From positions 32,001 through 96,000 of IMG/VR virus record IMGVR_UViG_3300025072_002799: 64,000 nucleotides of DNA; one strand, given 5' to 3'. Each line of letters opens with the position of its first letter. The stretch's first letter is position 1. The translations under genes and the position numbers were made by a program. The notes under the pieces were generated by a model that made no database searches, was not told where the DNA came from, and was given only the letters and a program-made list of their open reading frames with translations. This document shows, one piece after another, positions 40,237-49,838 of the stretch. Source of the DNA: a virus.

Positions 40237-40764
40237 CTAGATACACATCCAAACAAATATCGCTGCTTCTACGACAATCAGTACGGCCAATGTCCATGTG
40301 AACCACTTGCCTCCACCTGTGGAATTGTCTTGTGTTGCACAATGTTGTGCTATTTTAGCCTGTGGTCTAACCCTAGTATCGTTGTTTGCATTGTTTGCAT
40401 TGATTGCATGCATCAATTCTTCTCTGGTTACACAATTGCAGTCAGAAGACTTGGCTTCTTCTACGATTGGCTTGCTGTTAATGTGTTCAACCATTTTCAT
40501 CCTTGAATCCATTGGGTCAACGGATTCAACTCTGCGGTCTACTACATTGCCGCTTTCATCTACTACGTCAATTGTTCTTTCGTAGACTTCTGCACGATAA
40601 TGCTCAGTAACGACTTCTTCCAACTTCAAGTCACTTTTTGGCTCAATGTATAGTTTGGTAACTACAGTTTTGTTGCCTTTGTCGTCCAATGAAGTGGTTA
40701 CGTGTCTCTCGCCACAACGATCATCTTCGGTCTTTATTTTTTTAATATGTCCATTATCTGTCAT
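40237..40764 (-). CDS. C-terminally membrane-anchored hypothetical protein
   Basis: Hydrophobic C-terminus 'WFTWTLAVLIVVEAAIFVW' and SD GGGAG. Confidence 0.6.
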   Translation of the reverse strand: MTDNGHIKKIKTEDDRCGERHVTTSLDDKGNKTVVTKLYIEPKSDLKLEEVVTEHYRAEVYERTIDVVDESGNVVDRRVESVDPMDSRMKMVEHINSKPIVEEAKSSDCNCVTREELMHAINANNANNDTRVRPQAKIAQHCATQDNSTGGGKWFTWTLAVLIVVEAAIFVWMCI

Positions 40765-40841
40765 AATTGCTCCCTATGTTTAGAAGTCCAGTCTTCTATT
40801 ATATATGGAAAACAATTATTTTAAATAAAGGTTTCAGAAAC

Positions 40842-41750
40842 TTATGGAGTGACTAAATCGCCACTTGCTAGTGTGTATGGTATTTCTGTAGTTTGGTCTG
40901 GAAACGTGTTTGTGCTTGTGTAGGTGTTTGTTGTCTTGCGAGCCAAGTCACCAACGCCAGCCCCAGCCTGATATTCAATGATCTCTGTGATTCTGTCGCT
41001 TCCATCAACCGTTATTTTCTTGAATGTATATAAGCCAGATCTTCCATTCAATAATTGGTAATCGGCTTGCACCGTGGTAGAATCAAGTCCCAACGAAGAT
41101 CCATTTTTGTCTGTCGCCTCATCAACTACATCATCATCTACGTTTGAATTGGAATTATCTAATCCAATTATTAAAGAGGCACAGTCTGTGTACTCAAACC
41201 TATCGTTTGTCAACACAAGTTCGCCATCAGATGAATTATATGCGCCGATTCTATGACGATCAAAATATGTTGGAATCTCTTTGACGCCAGCACGAGCATT
41301 GAATTTGAGCAATGTTTCTGCTTTACCATTGTGAATAAAGAACTTAATCTTGGTTGAATCAAGATCAGTCGTTATCATCAGACGATCTACTCCATTGTTG
41401 AATTTAGCGACAGAAGCGGTGAAGTAGCTCGCAAATACCGAGTCTGCGTTTAGGTCAGTAACAATTTCACGAACCGTAACAGCAGAGCTTGACGATGGGG
41501 TTATTGTAACCGTATGTGTAGCCCATCTTTGGAACTCAGCATCAATAGCCCAACTATAGGTTAGATCTAACTCGCTGTTGCTGTCGCCATCATTGCCACT
41601 CATGTCATATGGCCCTTCAGCATATGATACAACAATAGTCTCACTACGACCAGTGTTTGGTGGTACATCGAAAACTAAACTCTGGCTTCTGTCGCCAAGA
41701 ACCCAGTTTCCTCTAAATTCTACGCTGAATGGATTTTGAAAGAAGGTCAT
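40842..41750 (-). CDS. Putative virion structural protein
   Basis: Thr/Ser/Asp-rich beta composition and SD GAGGA. Confidence 0.5.
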   Translation of the reverse strand: MTFFQNPFSVEFRGNWVLGDRSQSLVFDVPPNTGRSETIVVSYAEGPYDMSGNDGDSNSELDLTYSWAIDAEFQRWATHTVTITPSSSSAVTVREIVTDLNADSVFASYFTASVAKFNNGVDRLMITTDLDSTKIKFFIHNGKAETLLKFNARAGVKEIPTYFDRHRIGAYNSSDGELVLTNDRFEYTDCASLIIGLDNSNSNVDDDVVDEATDKNGSSLGLDSTTVQADYQLLNGRSGLYTFKKITVDGSDRITEIIEYQAGAGVGDLARKTTNTYTSTNTFPDQTTEIPYTLASGDLVTP

Positions 41751-41786
41751 ATTTCCTCACTGAACCGTTAAAACTTGATCTTGTAT

Positions 41787-42449
41787 TTAGTCTTTTTTAG
41801 GCAATTTAGGAGGAGGCAGTTCATAAAACTGTATATCGCCAGGGATTTTATAGTTATAACTCCCACTTCCTTGCCCTTGCCCATCGCCTTTTCCGTCGCC
41901 TTTGCCCTCTCCATCGCCATCTCCATCGCCATCTCCTTCTCCTTCCATGCCACCATCTTTGCCACGCTTGCCATAAAATTTCTTGCCCTTAGCAATTCCT
42001 TTCTTCAACTTATTTATTTGCTCTCTAGCCTCTTTGGAATAAGGGAGTTTATGCAATCTTGGCTCATTTCTTGATTTGGGAGAAAAATTAATTAGATATT
42101 TTTCTAGAAAAGAGTCTTCTTCATAAGACTCGTCTGGAGTTTCATCGTCTTTGTCTTTTTCAATCTTTATTTCCTTGACCCAAACATAAACCGCTCCTGG
42201 CGTTCCATTTCTCTTATTTGGCTCTTTAACTTCTGCCCAATAAATTCTAAATGTTTGGGGAAGAGGACTATCTGAAGGCCACCCAAACAAATTGCCAACC
42301 GAGTTAAATACGGCGAAACTAAAATATAGAGAAAGAACAATGAATGCACACTTCAACCACCACCATCCCCTTGCGCCAATGATTAGCCATAAAGCCATTA
42401 CCACCAAAACTACAAAAGAAAGCGGTATTCCAACTGTATCAAAATTCAT
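41787..42449 (-). CDS. Two-TM membrane protein with Gly-rich spacer; third gene of the MotA/ExbB-like operon
   Basis: Two N-terminal TM segments, 'GWPS', 'EPR..KLPY', (GD/GE)n repeats and a Pro-rich C-terminus. Confidence 0.65.
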   Translation of the reverse strand: MNFDTVGIPLSFVVLVVMALWLIIGARGWWWLKCAFIVLSLYFSFAVFNSVGNLFGWPSDSPLPQTFRIYWAEVKEPNKRNGTPGAVYVWVKEIKIEKDKDDETPDESYEEDSFLEKYLINFSPKSRNEPRLHKLPYSKEAREQINKLKKGIAKGKKFYGKRGKDGGMEGEGDGDGDGDGEGKGDGKGDGQGQGSGSYNYKIPGDIQFYELPPPKLPKKD

Positions 42450-42453
42450 CTTA

Positions 42454-43149
42454 CTATCCTTCTAAATTGTTGTATTCTTCATATTCTTCACTTTCTTCAC
42501 TTTCTTCACCCTCTTCAATTGATGGCGGCTCTATACCTCCGTCGAAGTCTTCGCCATTGTTCTGAGATCGTTGTATTATATTTTTGGGATCTTCATTCAC
42601 ATCAGTTATATTCCCATCTTTATCTACACTAAAACGAAACGCAGTTCTTGAATCACCATTTTTGGCTAAAGTAACAGTCCTAGATGCAATCAAAGACAGG
42701 CTTGGATTTATTTTCTCCGCGATTATTGTGACCTCCACCGGCCTCTTGTCACGCTTGGTGTAGGCATGAACGTTGACGACATACTCTCCAGGGACGACTC
42801 CACGTAATGTTATTATTTCCCTGTTCTCTTTATATTCAACTACGGTTCCATGAGGAGTATAGACCCTATCATTCCTGTTTCCTAAATCATCTCTATCCAA
42901 GTGCATTAGACCAGCTTCTCTACTATTGAAGTAAACAATTTCGCCATTTGGATCTTCCATGTAAATATCAATGTCATCATTGAATTCAACTGGCCATGTC
43001 ATGCTGATTATGAAATCGGCAAATACATTGACTTTTTTATCATCCTCAGATGGATTGATGAGCAAAAAGGAAATTAAAAATAACGCCCCAAACACCAATA
43101 TAGTTCCAAACAAAAGATCAATTAGGGGCGTATTATTTTGATTATTCAT
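42454..43149 (-). CDS. ExbD/TolR/MotB-like single-TM protein with YfaP-like periplasmic domain
   Basis: 'TPLIDLLF' TM segment with the conserved Asp, then 'W....DDIDIY..DP...LDRDD.G...E.I......GEY.VNVH.Y'. Confidence 0.65.
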   Translation of the reverse strand: MNNQNNTPLIDLLFGTILVFGALFLISFLLINPSEDDKKVNVFADFIISMTWPVEFNDDIDIYMEDPNGEIVYFNSREAGLMHLDRDDLGNRNDRVYTPHGTVVEYKENREIITLRGVVPGEYVVNVHAYTKRDKRPVEVTIIAEKINPSLSLIASRTVTLAKNGDSRTAFRFSVDKDGNITDVNEDPKNIIQRSQNNGEDFDGGIEPPSIEEGEESEESEEYEEYNNLEG

Positions 43150-43152
43150 GAA

Positions 43153-43665
43153 TTAAATATCTTTGTTTAATGACTTGTGTGTTTTGATAGATTGTCCCAA
43201 GATGAAATATTGTAGTTGCAACAACATTCCACAAATTAGACCACTTGCAGTCGTATAAAATGCGGTAGAAGCACCAAGCCCAATTGTTTGCAACAAATTG
43301 ATTTTGGCTTCTGCCGTAGTCAAATCCATTTCATCAAAAGATGAGAACATGATGGTAAGTCCAATGATGGTTCCTAACATTCCCAACTGGAAAAAGGCAC
43401 CACACACAAAATTGCCCACCTCCTCCAGCCTCTCAAATTTAACTACCATCTCATCTTCAATATAAATGTCTTGTCTTCCCCACACCCAAACTTTCCATCC
43501 ACACCAAGTTGTCATAAGACCAAATATTGCTGCAATTGCAAAGCTTATTTTAGTGGCATCTTTTTCCCAAACAATTTCTGCCAATCCAGACTGCCAAAAA
43601 GCAATTGCACCAATCGAAATAAGTACAACTAACAACCACCATTTTAAAAATAAAGCGTATTTCAT
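43153..43665 (-). CDS. MotA/TolQ/ExbB ion-channel family protein
   Basis: Four hydrophobic segments, 'LGMLGTIIG' and 'STAFYTT.SGL'. The ATG at 43665 follows GGAG. Confidence 0.85.
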   Translation of the reverse strand: MKYALFLKWWLLVVLISIGAIAFWQSGLAEIVWEKDATKISFAIAAIFGLMTTWCGWKVWVWGRQDIYIEDEMVVKFERLEEVGNFVCGAFFQLGMLGTIIGLTIMFSSFDEMDLTTAEAKINLLQTIGLGASTAFYTTASGLICGMLLQLQYFILGQSIKTHKSLNKDI

Positions 43666-43676
43666 AAGTTTTCTCC

Positions 43677-43710
43677 AAAAAAAAAGCCTGCCCAATAGTG
43701 GGCAGGCTTT
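43677..43710 (-). terminator. Rho-independent terminator
   Basis: AAAGCCTGCCCA-CTAT-TGGGCAGGC followed by a T-run on the minus strand. Confidence 0.85.
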
Positions 43711-43734
43711 ACGTAAATGACTGGTAGGGGGTGA

Positions 43735-44070
43735 CTATACGCCGCTCACTACAAGGTCTATCAGTCCACTACGAGTTAATGTAGTATTGGCATTACGATT
43801 TTGTCGCTTGGATCTAGATTTGTTGTCCATGCGAAGTTCACCGTAGGTGGCAATATTTTCTCTTGAGAAAGACCGAATTGGTGCATTCTCTGCTTTCAAG
43901 ACTTTCGATCCACTACGCAATTCATATCCCTTAATGATCTTAGATGTTTGTTCAACAACTAAAACAGTTCTACGAATTGGATGGCTGTGATTGCCTTTGT
44001 AATAAAATCTTGCGACTGGAAGATTTCTAACAGGGTTGTAACGAAGGTTCGTCATTTTTAATGTCTCCAC
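43735..44070 (-). CDS. WYL-like small basic protein
   Basis: 'F.Y.....RR.V......GYE.......RSF...I' resembles the WYL/SH3 core. Confidence 0.4.
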   Translation of the reverse strand: METLKMTNLRYNPVRNLPVARFYYKGNHSHPIRRTVLVVEQTSKIIKGYELRSGSKVLKAENAPIRSFSRENIATYGELRMDNKSRSKRQNRNANTTLTRSGLIDLVVSGV

Positions 44071-44137
44071 GTTTAATAAAGGTTGTTTTTGTTACTCTTT
44101 CAATTATCTACATTTTCTAATCGAAAGCAATATCAAT

Positions 44138-44443
44138 TTATTGAATTTCATCATTTTTTTCTACTTCATAAAATAATGTTTCACCATCATCTGAAACATT
44201 CAACTTAATCCGTCCAGCTAATACGCCTTGCAGTAGCAGGTGATTTGTTCTAGCCATAGTTGCCCATTTGACAACAGAGCAAACATCTTCTGCGCTAATA
44301 TCTTTAGGCATTTCATCTTTGTCTAAGATGGCAGCAGTTATTACTTTTTCAATTTCTTCGTCACTTAAAGCAACGTATTTATTTTCGTCTTCATTCCAGT
44401 ACAAATCGTCTATTTTTAAGCATTCGTTAATCATTTTCCACAC
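44138..44443 (-). CDS. Hypothetical protein
   Basis: ORF in a minus-strand run. Confidence 0.5.
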   Translation of the reverse strand: MWKMINECLKIDDLYWNEDENKYVALSDEEIEKVITAAILDKDEMPKDISAEDVCSVVKWATMARTNHLLLQGVLAGRIKLNVSDDGETLFYEVEKNDEIQ

Positions 44444-44447
44444 CTAT

Positions 44448-45620
44448 TTAATTATGGTTGTGTTCCTCGCCACCAAAAGGAGATTCTGGGTGGCCGTGAT
44501 CATGCGTGTATTCCATTTCTTCGAATGAAGCATGGTCAAATACAGGAGTTTTTTCTGATTGACATATTTGCCAAATCAAATCAAAGCAATATTTAGAAAC
44601 TTGCTCTACTCCCTGATAATCTATCTTATCAGCAGTATCATCTGGCGTGTGGTAATATCGGTGAAGCCCCGTATGCAAAAAAGCCACTGGGACTCTTTTA
44701 TTATAGAAGGAGGCATGGTCCGATCCTCCACCCTTTCTGCTGGTGATCTGTTTTGCAAAAGCGTACTTGCTGTTGAGTCCATCAATTATACGACTTATAT
44801 CAACAGAACTATCTCCTCCATGAAACCCTGCAAAGTAAGCTCCCTTACCAAGATAACCAACCATGTCTAGATTAACCATCGCAACATGCTTTGTCATACT
44901 AGGTGAGTTTATCGGAAATTTAGGATTGTTGCAATAAAATCTAGAACCATGTAATCCCATTTCTTCGGCTGAGTACCACTGAAACACAATGGTTCTTTTG
45001 TTTTTGCCTTTAAGGATTGAAACCGCTTTTGCCATTGCAAGCAAAGCCGTAGATCCTGATGCATTATCGTCCGCACCATGATGAACTTCTGTGGTTCTTC
45101 CGCGAGACATGGACGGACCATATCCTACGTGATCTAGATGAGCGCCAACAACAACGATTTCGTCTTTTAATTCTGGGTCGTTTCCTTCAACCCACGCATA
45201 TACGTTATTGCACCAATCGTCGCCCACTTCTCTGTTCGGTCCAGGGTTTATTCCGCTAATCCTACGTCCAATATCTTTGGATGTGAATTTGTGGAACATA
45301 ACATTCAGTCCCCATTCTTCGCACTTTTTCTTTACGAAGTCTTCTGCTTTCCTATGACCCCTCTTTCCAGTCATTCGACCTTCAAGATCATCTGATGCTA
45401 AGTAATAAAGATTTTTCTTTATTTCATCTTCTTTGATAGAATCTAAAGCATCGGAAAAGGTCTTTGGCTTAGGAACTTCAACCTCAACTTCAGGAGTAAC
45501 CTCTGGAGTGACTTGAGGAGGATCAACAACATCAACCCTATTCATTAAAGCCATGCCAACAATGCCGATTGCTAGTAAAACAACTACCAATAACAACTGA
45601 TTTTTATTTACGCCCATCAT
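44448..45620 (-). CDS. Membrane-anchored M28 metallopeptidase
   Basis: 'LEGR.TG', 'GAHLDH', 'GADDNASG', 'AEEMGL', 'NLDMVG', 'SDH' and 'YH...D', with an N-terminal TM segment. Confidence 0.93.
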   Translation of the reverse strand: MMGVNKNQLLLVVVLLAIGIVGMALMNRVDVVDPPQVTPEVTPEVEVEVPKPKTFSDALDSIKEDEIKKNLYYLASDDLEGRMTGKRGHRKAEDFVKKKCEEWGLNVMFHKFTSKDIGRRISGINPGPNREVGDDWCNNVYAWVEGNDPELKDEIVVVGAHLDHVGYGPSMSRGRTTEVHHGADDNASGSTALLAMAKAVSILKGKNKRTIVFQWYSAEEMGLHGSRFYCNNPKFPINSPSMTKHVAMVNLDMVGYLGKGAYFAGFHGGDSSVDISRIIDGLNSKYAFAKQITSRKGGGSDHASFYNKRVPVAFLHTGLHRYYHTPDDTADKIDYQGVEQVSKYCFDLIWQICQSEKTPVFDHASFEEMEYTHDHGHPESPFGGEEHNHN

Positions 45621-45682
45621 TACTCCGTTTCTGTTGTGGATTTAGGAGTAAATTCTATCGAGCGCAGGATAGAGAATCAATG

Positions 45683-45871
45683 CTATTTTTCTTTTTTCCA
45701 TAAGTTTTTTAAAATATTCCATCCTTTCTTAAAGATGTTCACCGCAATAAAGCTAATTACTGCTTTAATTCCTTCTAAAAAAATGAAAGTAATAACCGCA
45801 ATTGTTGTTGGAGATGAAATAAATTCCTTCTTTTCCAATTCATTTTCTTCGTTTAAGTGTTCGTCTGCCAT
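45683..45871 (-). CDS. Small membrane protein
   Basis: Hydrophobic core, basic tail and SD AGGAGG. Confidence 0.55.
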   Translation of the reverse strand: MADEHLNEENELEKKEFISSPTTIAVITFIFLEGIKAVISFIAVNIFKKGWNILKNLWKKEK

Positions 45872-45938
45872 TTGTCCTCCTTAAAAGTGGCTTTACATAC
45901 GCATATATAAGTATTAACGTTTATGAAAGGACGATAGC

Positions 45939-47870
45939 ATGACAAATGAGAAAATTGAAAATAATGACGATGGGCATATCCCACGTCATGCGCCACCCGT
46001 AGATAACGGCAAAGACTGGGCAAAATTAGGATTTCGTAGATTCGAGTCTTTTGCGGAGAAGTGGGAAGACTATTACGACTCTTTAGAAGATTTCTATACT
46101 AGCGAATTTGATCCAAATTATTTTAAATTTGAGCAATGGGAACTAGAAATTGATCCCAAAGAAACTGAAGATGATGTTGAAGCTTACGCTGATTATGACA
46201 GACATGGAGAAGTCATTGAAACTGATAAAACAAGGGAAGAATGGCAAAAGTGCGCACAAAGCTTTCCTTACTTTTGTCATAAGTACGTAAAGATTGGGCA
46301 CCCTAAAAGGGGGTTAGTTCCATTTAGGCTGTACAATTATCAGCGTCGAGTAATTGGAGAATACGACCAGCATCAGTTTAATATCATCTCAAAATTCCGA
46401 CAAGGTGGATTAACGACAGTATCTTCTCTGTGGGGACTGTGGAGATGCATGTTTCGATTAGACCAAAATATTATGGTCTTATCAAAAACAGATCGTGAAG
46501 CTATTGCTGCTGGAGAAATTGCTGCTAGAGCTTTGGAACACCTTCCGAAGTGGCTGAAGCCAAAATTTGGAAAAAACAATGACCACCAGCGACAATTTAA
46601 GGAAACTGGTTGCTGGCTTTATTTCTACACGCCCGAAGCTGCTCGTGGTAAATCTATTACATATTTGATCATTGACGAAGCTGCGTTCATTAACGATATG
46701 CATAGACACTGGAAATCCATGTATCCAACGCTCTCGACTGGGGGTAACTGTATTGTTGTCTCAACGGTTAATGGTATTGGTAATTGGTATGAAGACACCT
46801 ACACAAGAGCAAAAGAGGGTCGAAATGAATTTAATATTATCGACCTTGATTATTACGAACATCCTGACTATCACGATGATGACTGGGTTCGAAAGACAAA
46901 GGCAAACTTAGGAGAAAAAGGTTGGAAGCAGGAAGTCCTTAGACACTTCCTTGGATCTGGTGAAACCTATATCAATAGCGAAATCATTGGCGAGTTGATG
47001 CAATTAACTCAGAAAACGCCACCATCGAGAAAATTATTTACTAAATTCACCAATGCCGACAAAGACATTGATTACATGGATGAATTCAATCGTGGAGCAT
47101 TATGGGTGTGGAAGGAGCCAATAGATGGTCATGAATATATAATGGGAGTAGATTGCGCAGAGGGAATTGGAGAAGATAATGACAATAGCACATTTCAAAT
47201 ACTTGATATGTCAACATTGGAACAAGTAGCAGAATTTTATTCAAATGTTACACCTCCTCATGTATTTGCACAAATAGTTAATGAAGTTGGAGTTATGTAC
47301 AATACAGCAATTGTTGTTGTTGAAGCTGCTGCCCCTGCTGGTGGTGCCGTACTAAATAGCCTTCACCATAAATTATATTATGAAAACCTTTATTGGGACA
47401 CCGGAAAAACAAGAGCTTCCGGTCCTGGCTTAAAGTCAAACCAAGCTGTACGACCAGTTATTTTGGAATGCATGTCATCTAGACTTCTTGACAAAACTCT
47501 AAAACTATATAGCACGCGATTAGTTGATGAAATAAAGACATTTATCTACAATGGTCAAAAAAGAAGGGCTGAGGCTTTGGCTGGTAAGCACGATGATGCA
47601 ATTATGGCTTTATGCATTGCATTGTATGCTAGAGAGTCCATGTCAAGGGACGTTCCAGTTGGATCAGAGATGCCAGATGAACTTCAAAGTGTTTTGGACT
47701 CGTCAGTTTACAAAGAAATTAAAGAAGAGTTGAAACGTGGCGCTCCTATAAATTGGCTAGAAGATGATGGATCGGACGAAGATTTACTCGGATATAATGA
47801 AGATCAGAACGCACTTTGGGATTATAAGCCTAAATATCATAAACTACTTAGAGAATTTGGATGGTGGTAA
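45939..47870 (+). CDS. Terminase large subunit (gp17-like)
   Basis: 'LYNYQ', Walker A variant 'KFRQGGLTT', Walker B 'LIIDEAAF', 'VST.NG', 'MGVD.AEG' and 'HDDAIMA'. Confidence 0.95.
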   Translation: MTNEKIENNDDGHIPRHAPPVDNGKDWAKLGFRRFESFAEKWEDYYDSLEDFYTSEFDPNYFKFEQWELEIDPKETEDDVEAYADYDRHGEVIETDKTREEWQKCAQSFPYFCHKYVKIGHPKRGLVPFRLYNYQRRVIGEYDQHQFNIISKFRQGGLTTVSSLWGLWRCMFRLDQNIMVLSKTDREAIAAGEIAARALEHLPKWLKPKFGKNNDHQRQFKETGCWLYFYTPEAARGKSITYLIIDEAAFINDMHRHWKSMYPTLSTGGNCIVVSTVNGIGNWYEDTYTRAKEGRNEFNIIDLDYYEHPDYHDDDWVRKTKANLGEKGWKQEVLRHFLGSGETYINSEIIGELMQLTQKTPPSRKLFTKFTNADKDIDYMDEFNRGALWVWKEPIDGHEYIMGVDCAEGIGEDNDNSTFQILDMSTLEQVAEFYSNVTPPHVFAQIVNEVGVMYNTAIVVVEAAAPAGGAVLNSLHHKLYYENLYWDTGKTRASGPGLKSNQAVRPVILECMSSRLLDKTLKLYSTRLVDEIKTFIYNGQKRRAEALAGKHDDAIMALCIALYARESMSRDVPVGSEMPDELQSVLDSSVYKEIKEELKRGAPINWLEDDGSDEDLLGYNEDQNALWDYKPKYHKLLREFGWW

Positions 47871-48055
47871 TGAGATCATATGACGAATGGATTAATGAAA
47901 ATACAGAAATTGGGGGCGTAAATTTATCTTTAAATAATGTCCATAGAGCCATTTCAAACATATCTAATCCTGGGTTAAAATCAGAGGTTACGGAAGAGTT
48001 GAACAAATTTCAAGAATCGCTCAACAGACTGATGGAGAAATATTCCCAACAATGA
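47870..48055 (+). CDS. Small protein with capsid-targeting-like N-terminus
   Basis: Starts MRSYDEWINE and is coupled to the terminase stop (TAATG). Confidence 0.55.
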   Translation: MRSYDEWINENTEIGGVNLSLNNVHRAISNISNPGLKSEVTEELNKFQESLNRLMEKYSQQ

Positions 48056-48381
48056 AAAATAACACAGAATCCTCTAAATCTAAACTTTTGAGTGCAATAC
48101 AGTCATTGCCACAAGACTTCGCATTGACTGAAGCAAGACAGTTAATGAACTCGGCGCTTCAAAAGATTGAGATTGTAGAACAAAAAAGATCAAAAAGAGA
48201 ATTAAAAAATACGCCCCACGCAGAGTGGCAGGGGTCTATTTCTAACGGCATAACCAATCCTCTTGACTACAATCAAACTGTTCAAACAATTGACCAGATG
48301 ATTGCAGAAGAGAAGGCTAAATTAGAAACTCTGAAAGAGAACAGAAAGAATGTTGGTGATGAAGGGCAAATCAATGATTAA
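48052..48381 (+). CDS. Hypothetical helical protein
   Basis: ORF overlapping the upstream stop (ATGA). Confidence 0.55.
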   Translation: MKNNTESSKSKLLSAIQSLPQDFALTEARQLMNSALQKIEIVEQKRSKRELKNTPHAEWQGSISNGITNPLDYNQTVQTIDQMIAEEKAKLETLKENRKNVGDEGQIND

Positions 48382-48383
48382 TC

Positions 48384-48698
48384 CTACAGTTCATGATATG
48401 TTGTATGATGTCTAATTTCTAGAAACTTAATTCCTTCTTCTTTTAGCAACTTATTCAACTCAATTACTTCTTCTCTTTGGATGAAAATAAAACTTATACA
48501 AATGGCGTCTATTACTTTAATGTCAGTATCTAAATGTTCGCAAAATTCATCAGATTTGATTCGTGAATCTAACCATCCTTCTTTAGAACCAAATGTAGTT
48601 AGTTTATACCCAGTTCTTAGGTCGCTTAACCCTTTGATATGATCTCTGTTCAATTTGCTTATTGTTAAAGCCAATTTGTTAATATTCATTTCATTCAT
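48384..48698 (-). CDS. Hypothetical protein
   Basis: ORF coupled to the phosphatase gene. Confidence 0.5.
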   Translation of the reverse strand: MNEMNINKLALTISKLNRDHIKGLSDLRTGYKLTTFGSKEGWLDSRIKSDEFCEHLDTDIKVIDAICISFIFIQREEVIELNKLLKEEGIKFLEIRHHTTYHEL

Positions 48699-49248
48699 TT
48701 TGCGCCTTTTTCATAATTCCATGAACTAATATGTTGGGCGAATAAAGTTTATCGAAGAATTTAGAAAACTCTGGCTGTAATTCTTCAGACATCGCCTTTC
48801 CCACTGCTGTGGACCTAGAAACTCCAGCATTGCAGTGAATCATCAGCAAATCAACTGAATCCCAATTCTTGCGTACAAATGATACGATCTCATTGGCTTG
48901 TTCATCTGAAATTTGTTGCATATTAGGTCGCGGCAAATCTATGTCATCAAATTCCAACCTAAGAAGATCTATACGATTTTCTTCGCTAATGGGCAATTTA
49001 TTGTGAGGCATATCACCTCCTGGGTCTGAAATACTTATGCAAGCCCATGGCTTATCGTATTTGAACTTTGTTGCTGAACGTCTATTTAAAATTAAAATTT
49101 TGCCTAGAACACGCCTTTCAAAAAAGACTGGGGCGTTAATTAATTTCTTTTCCAATTCCTTTTCAGCTTCTTCCATAAGAACTAATTTCCTTTCTGCCTT
49201 TTCTGACAGTTGTTTAATTATATCCAACTCTTCTTCTGAAAACATCAC
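48691..49248 (-). CDS. Cys-based protein-tyrosine / dual-specificity phosphatase-like protein
   Basis: P-loop 'IHCNAGVSRS' (HCX5R), plus 'ISISDP' and 'FDD'. Confidence 0.85.
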   Translation of the reverse strand: MMFSEEELDIIKQLSEKAERKLVLMEEAEKELEKKLINAPVFFERRVLGKILILNRRSATKFKYDKPWACISISDPGGDMPHNKLPISEENRIDLLRLEFDDIDLPRPNMQQISDEQANEIVSFVRKNWDSVDLLMIHCNAGVSRSTAVGKAMSEELQPEFSKFFDKLYSPNILVHGIMKKAQNE

Positions 49249-49838
49249 ACCATCCTCAAATCTAATTTTCTCATATAGCCATAATATTTTTCATAAGCCT
49301 TTTGTGCTTTGTCTATAAAGGACTTATGAATAGTGCCACTCATTTCTCTTGGCTCAAGATCCATATATTCCAATGGTTCTTCAAGTTCCAAATATTCTTC
49401 AACAAGATTTAATCCTTCTTTCTTTACTAGATTATTCCATGTGAGAAACACGGCACCAGGAGTCATTTCTGCTAGTTGAGCAATTCTTCTCATGCGAAAC
49501 AGATAGTGATTTAATGCTGACGTTGGCGTATGTGTGCCAAAATCCACCATTTCATGCAATGAATTCAATGGTGGACGTATGAAGTAGACGAATTTTGAAA
49601 AATCGACAACACCTTTATGAGAAAGCATTGAATTCATCAAAAGAGGGGTCATATAAGTTGCCAATGGGCTGTCACTTTTGTGTTCATTCATCATTAGAAG
49701 TCCCATAATTTCGTTGGGGTGTGAGAATGTATATTCAGTGATAATTGTTTGAACTAATGGGTTCCTATCCATTAGCTCAAATATAGCCTCATAGCCCGAT
49801 CCGAAGTGGCTGGTAATAAATAAAAGTCTTTTCATCAA
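49245..49838 (-). CDS. Sulfotransferase-fold (P-loop-like) protein, divergent
   Basis: 'FITSHFGSG...L..NP', 'YFIR.P' and 'LTW..L' mirror the sulfotransferase motif order. Confidence 0.4.
   Translation of the reverse strand: MMKRLLFITSHFGSGYEAIFELMDRNPLVQTIITEYTFSHPNEIMGLLMMNEHKSDSPLATYMTPLLMNSMLSHKGVVDFSKFVYFIRPPLNSLHEMVDFGTHTPTSALNHYLFRMRRIAQLAEMTPGAVFLTWNNLVKKEGLNLVEEYLELEEPLEYMDLEPREMSGTIHKSFIDKAQKAYEKYYGYMRKLDLRMV

Noticed and set aside
41787-43665. Calling the motor trio Zorya, TonB-ExbBD or a flagellar stator
   Set aside because: It lacks the long ZorA tail, an OmpA-like domain, ZorC/D/E, and any recognisable TonB or TolA C-terminal domain.
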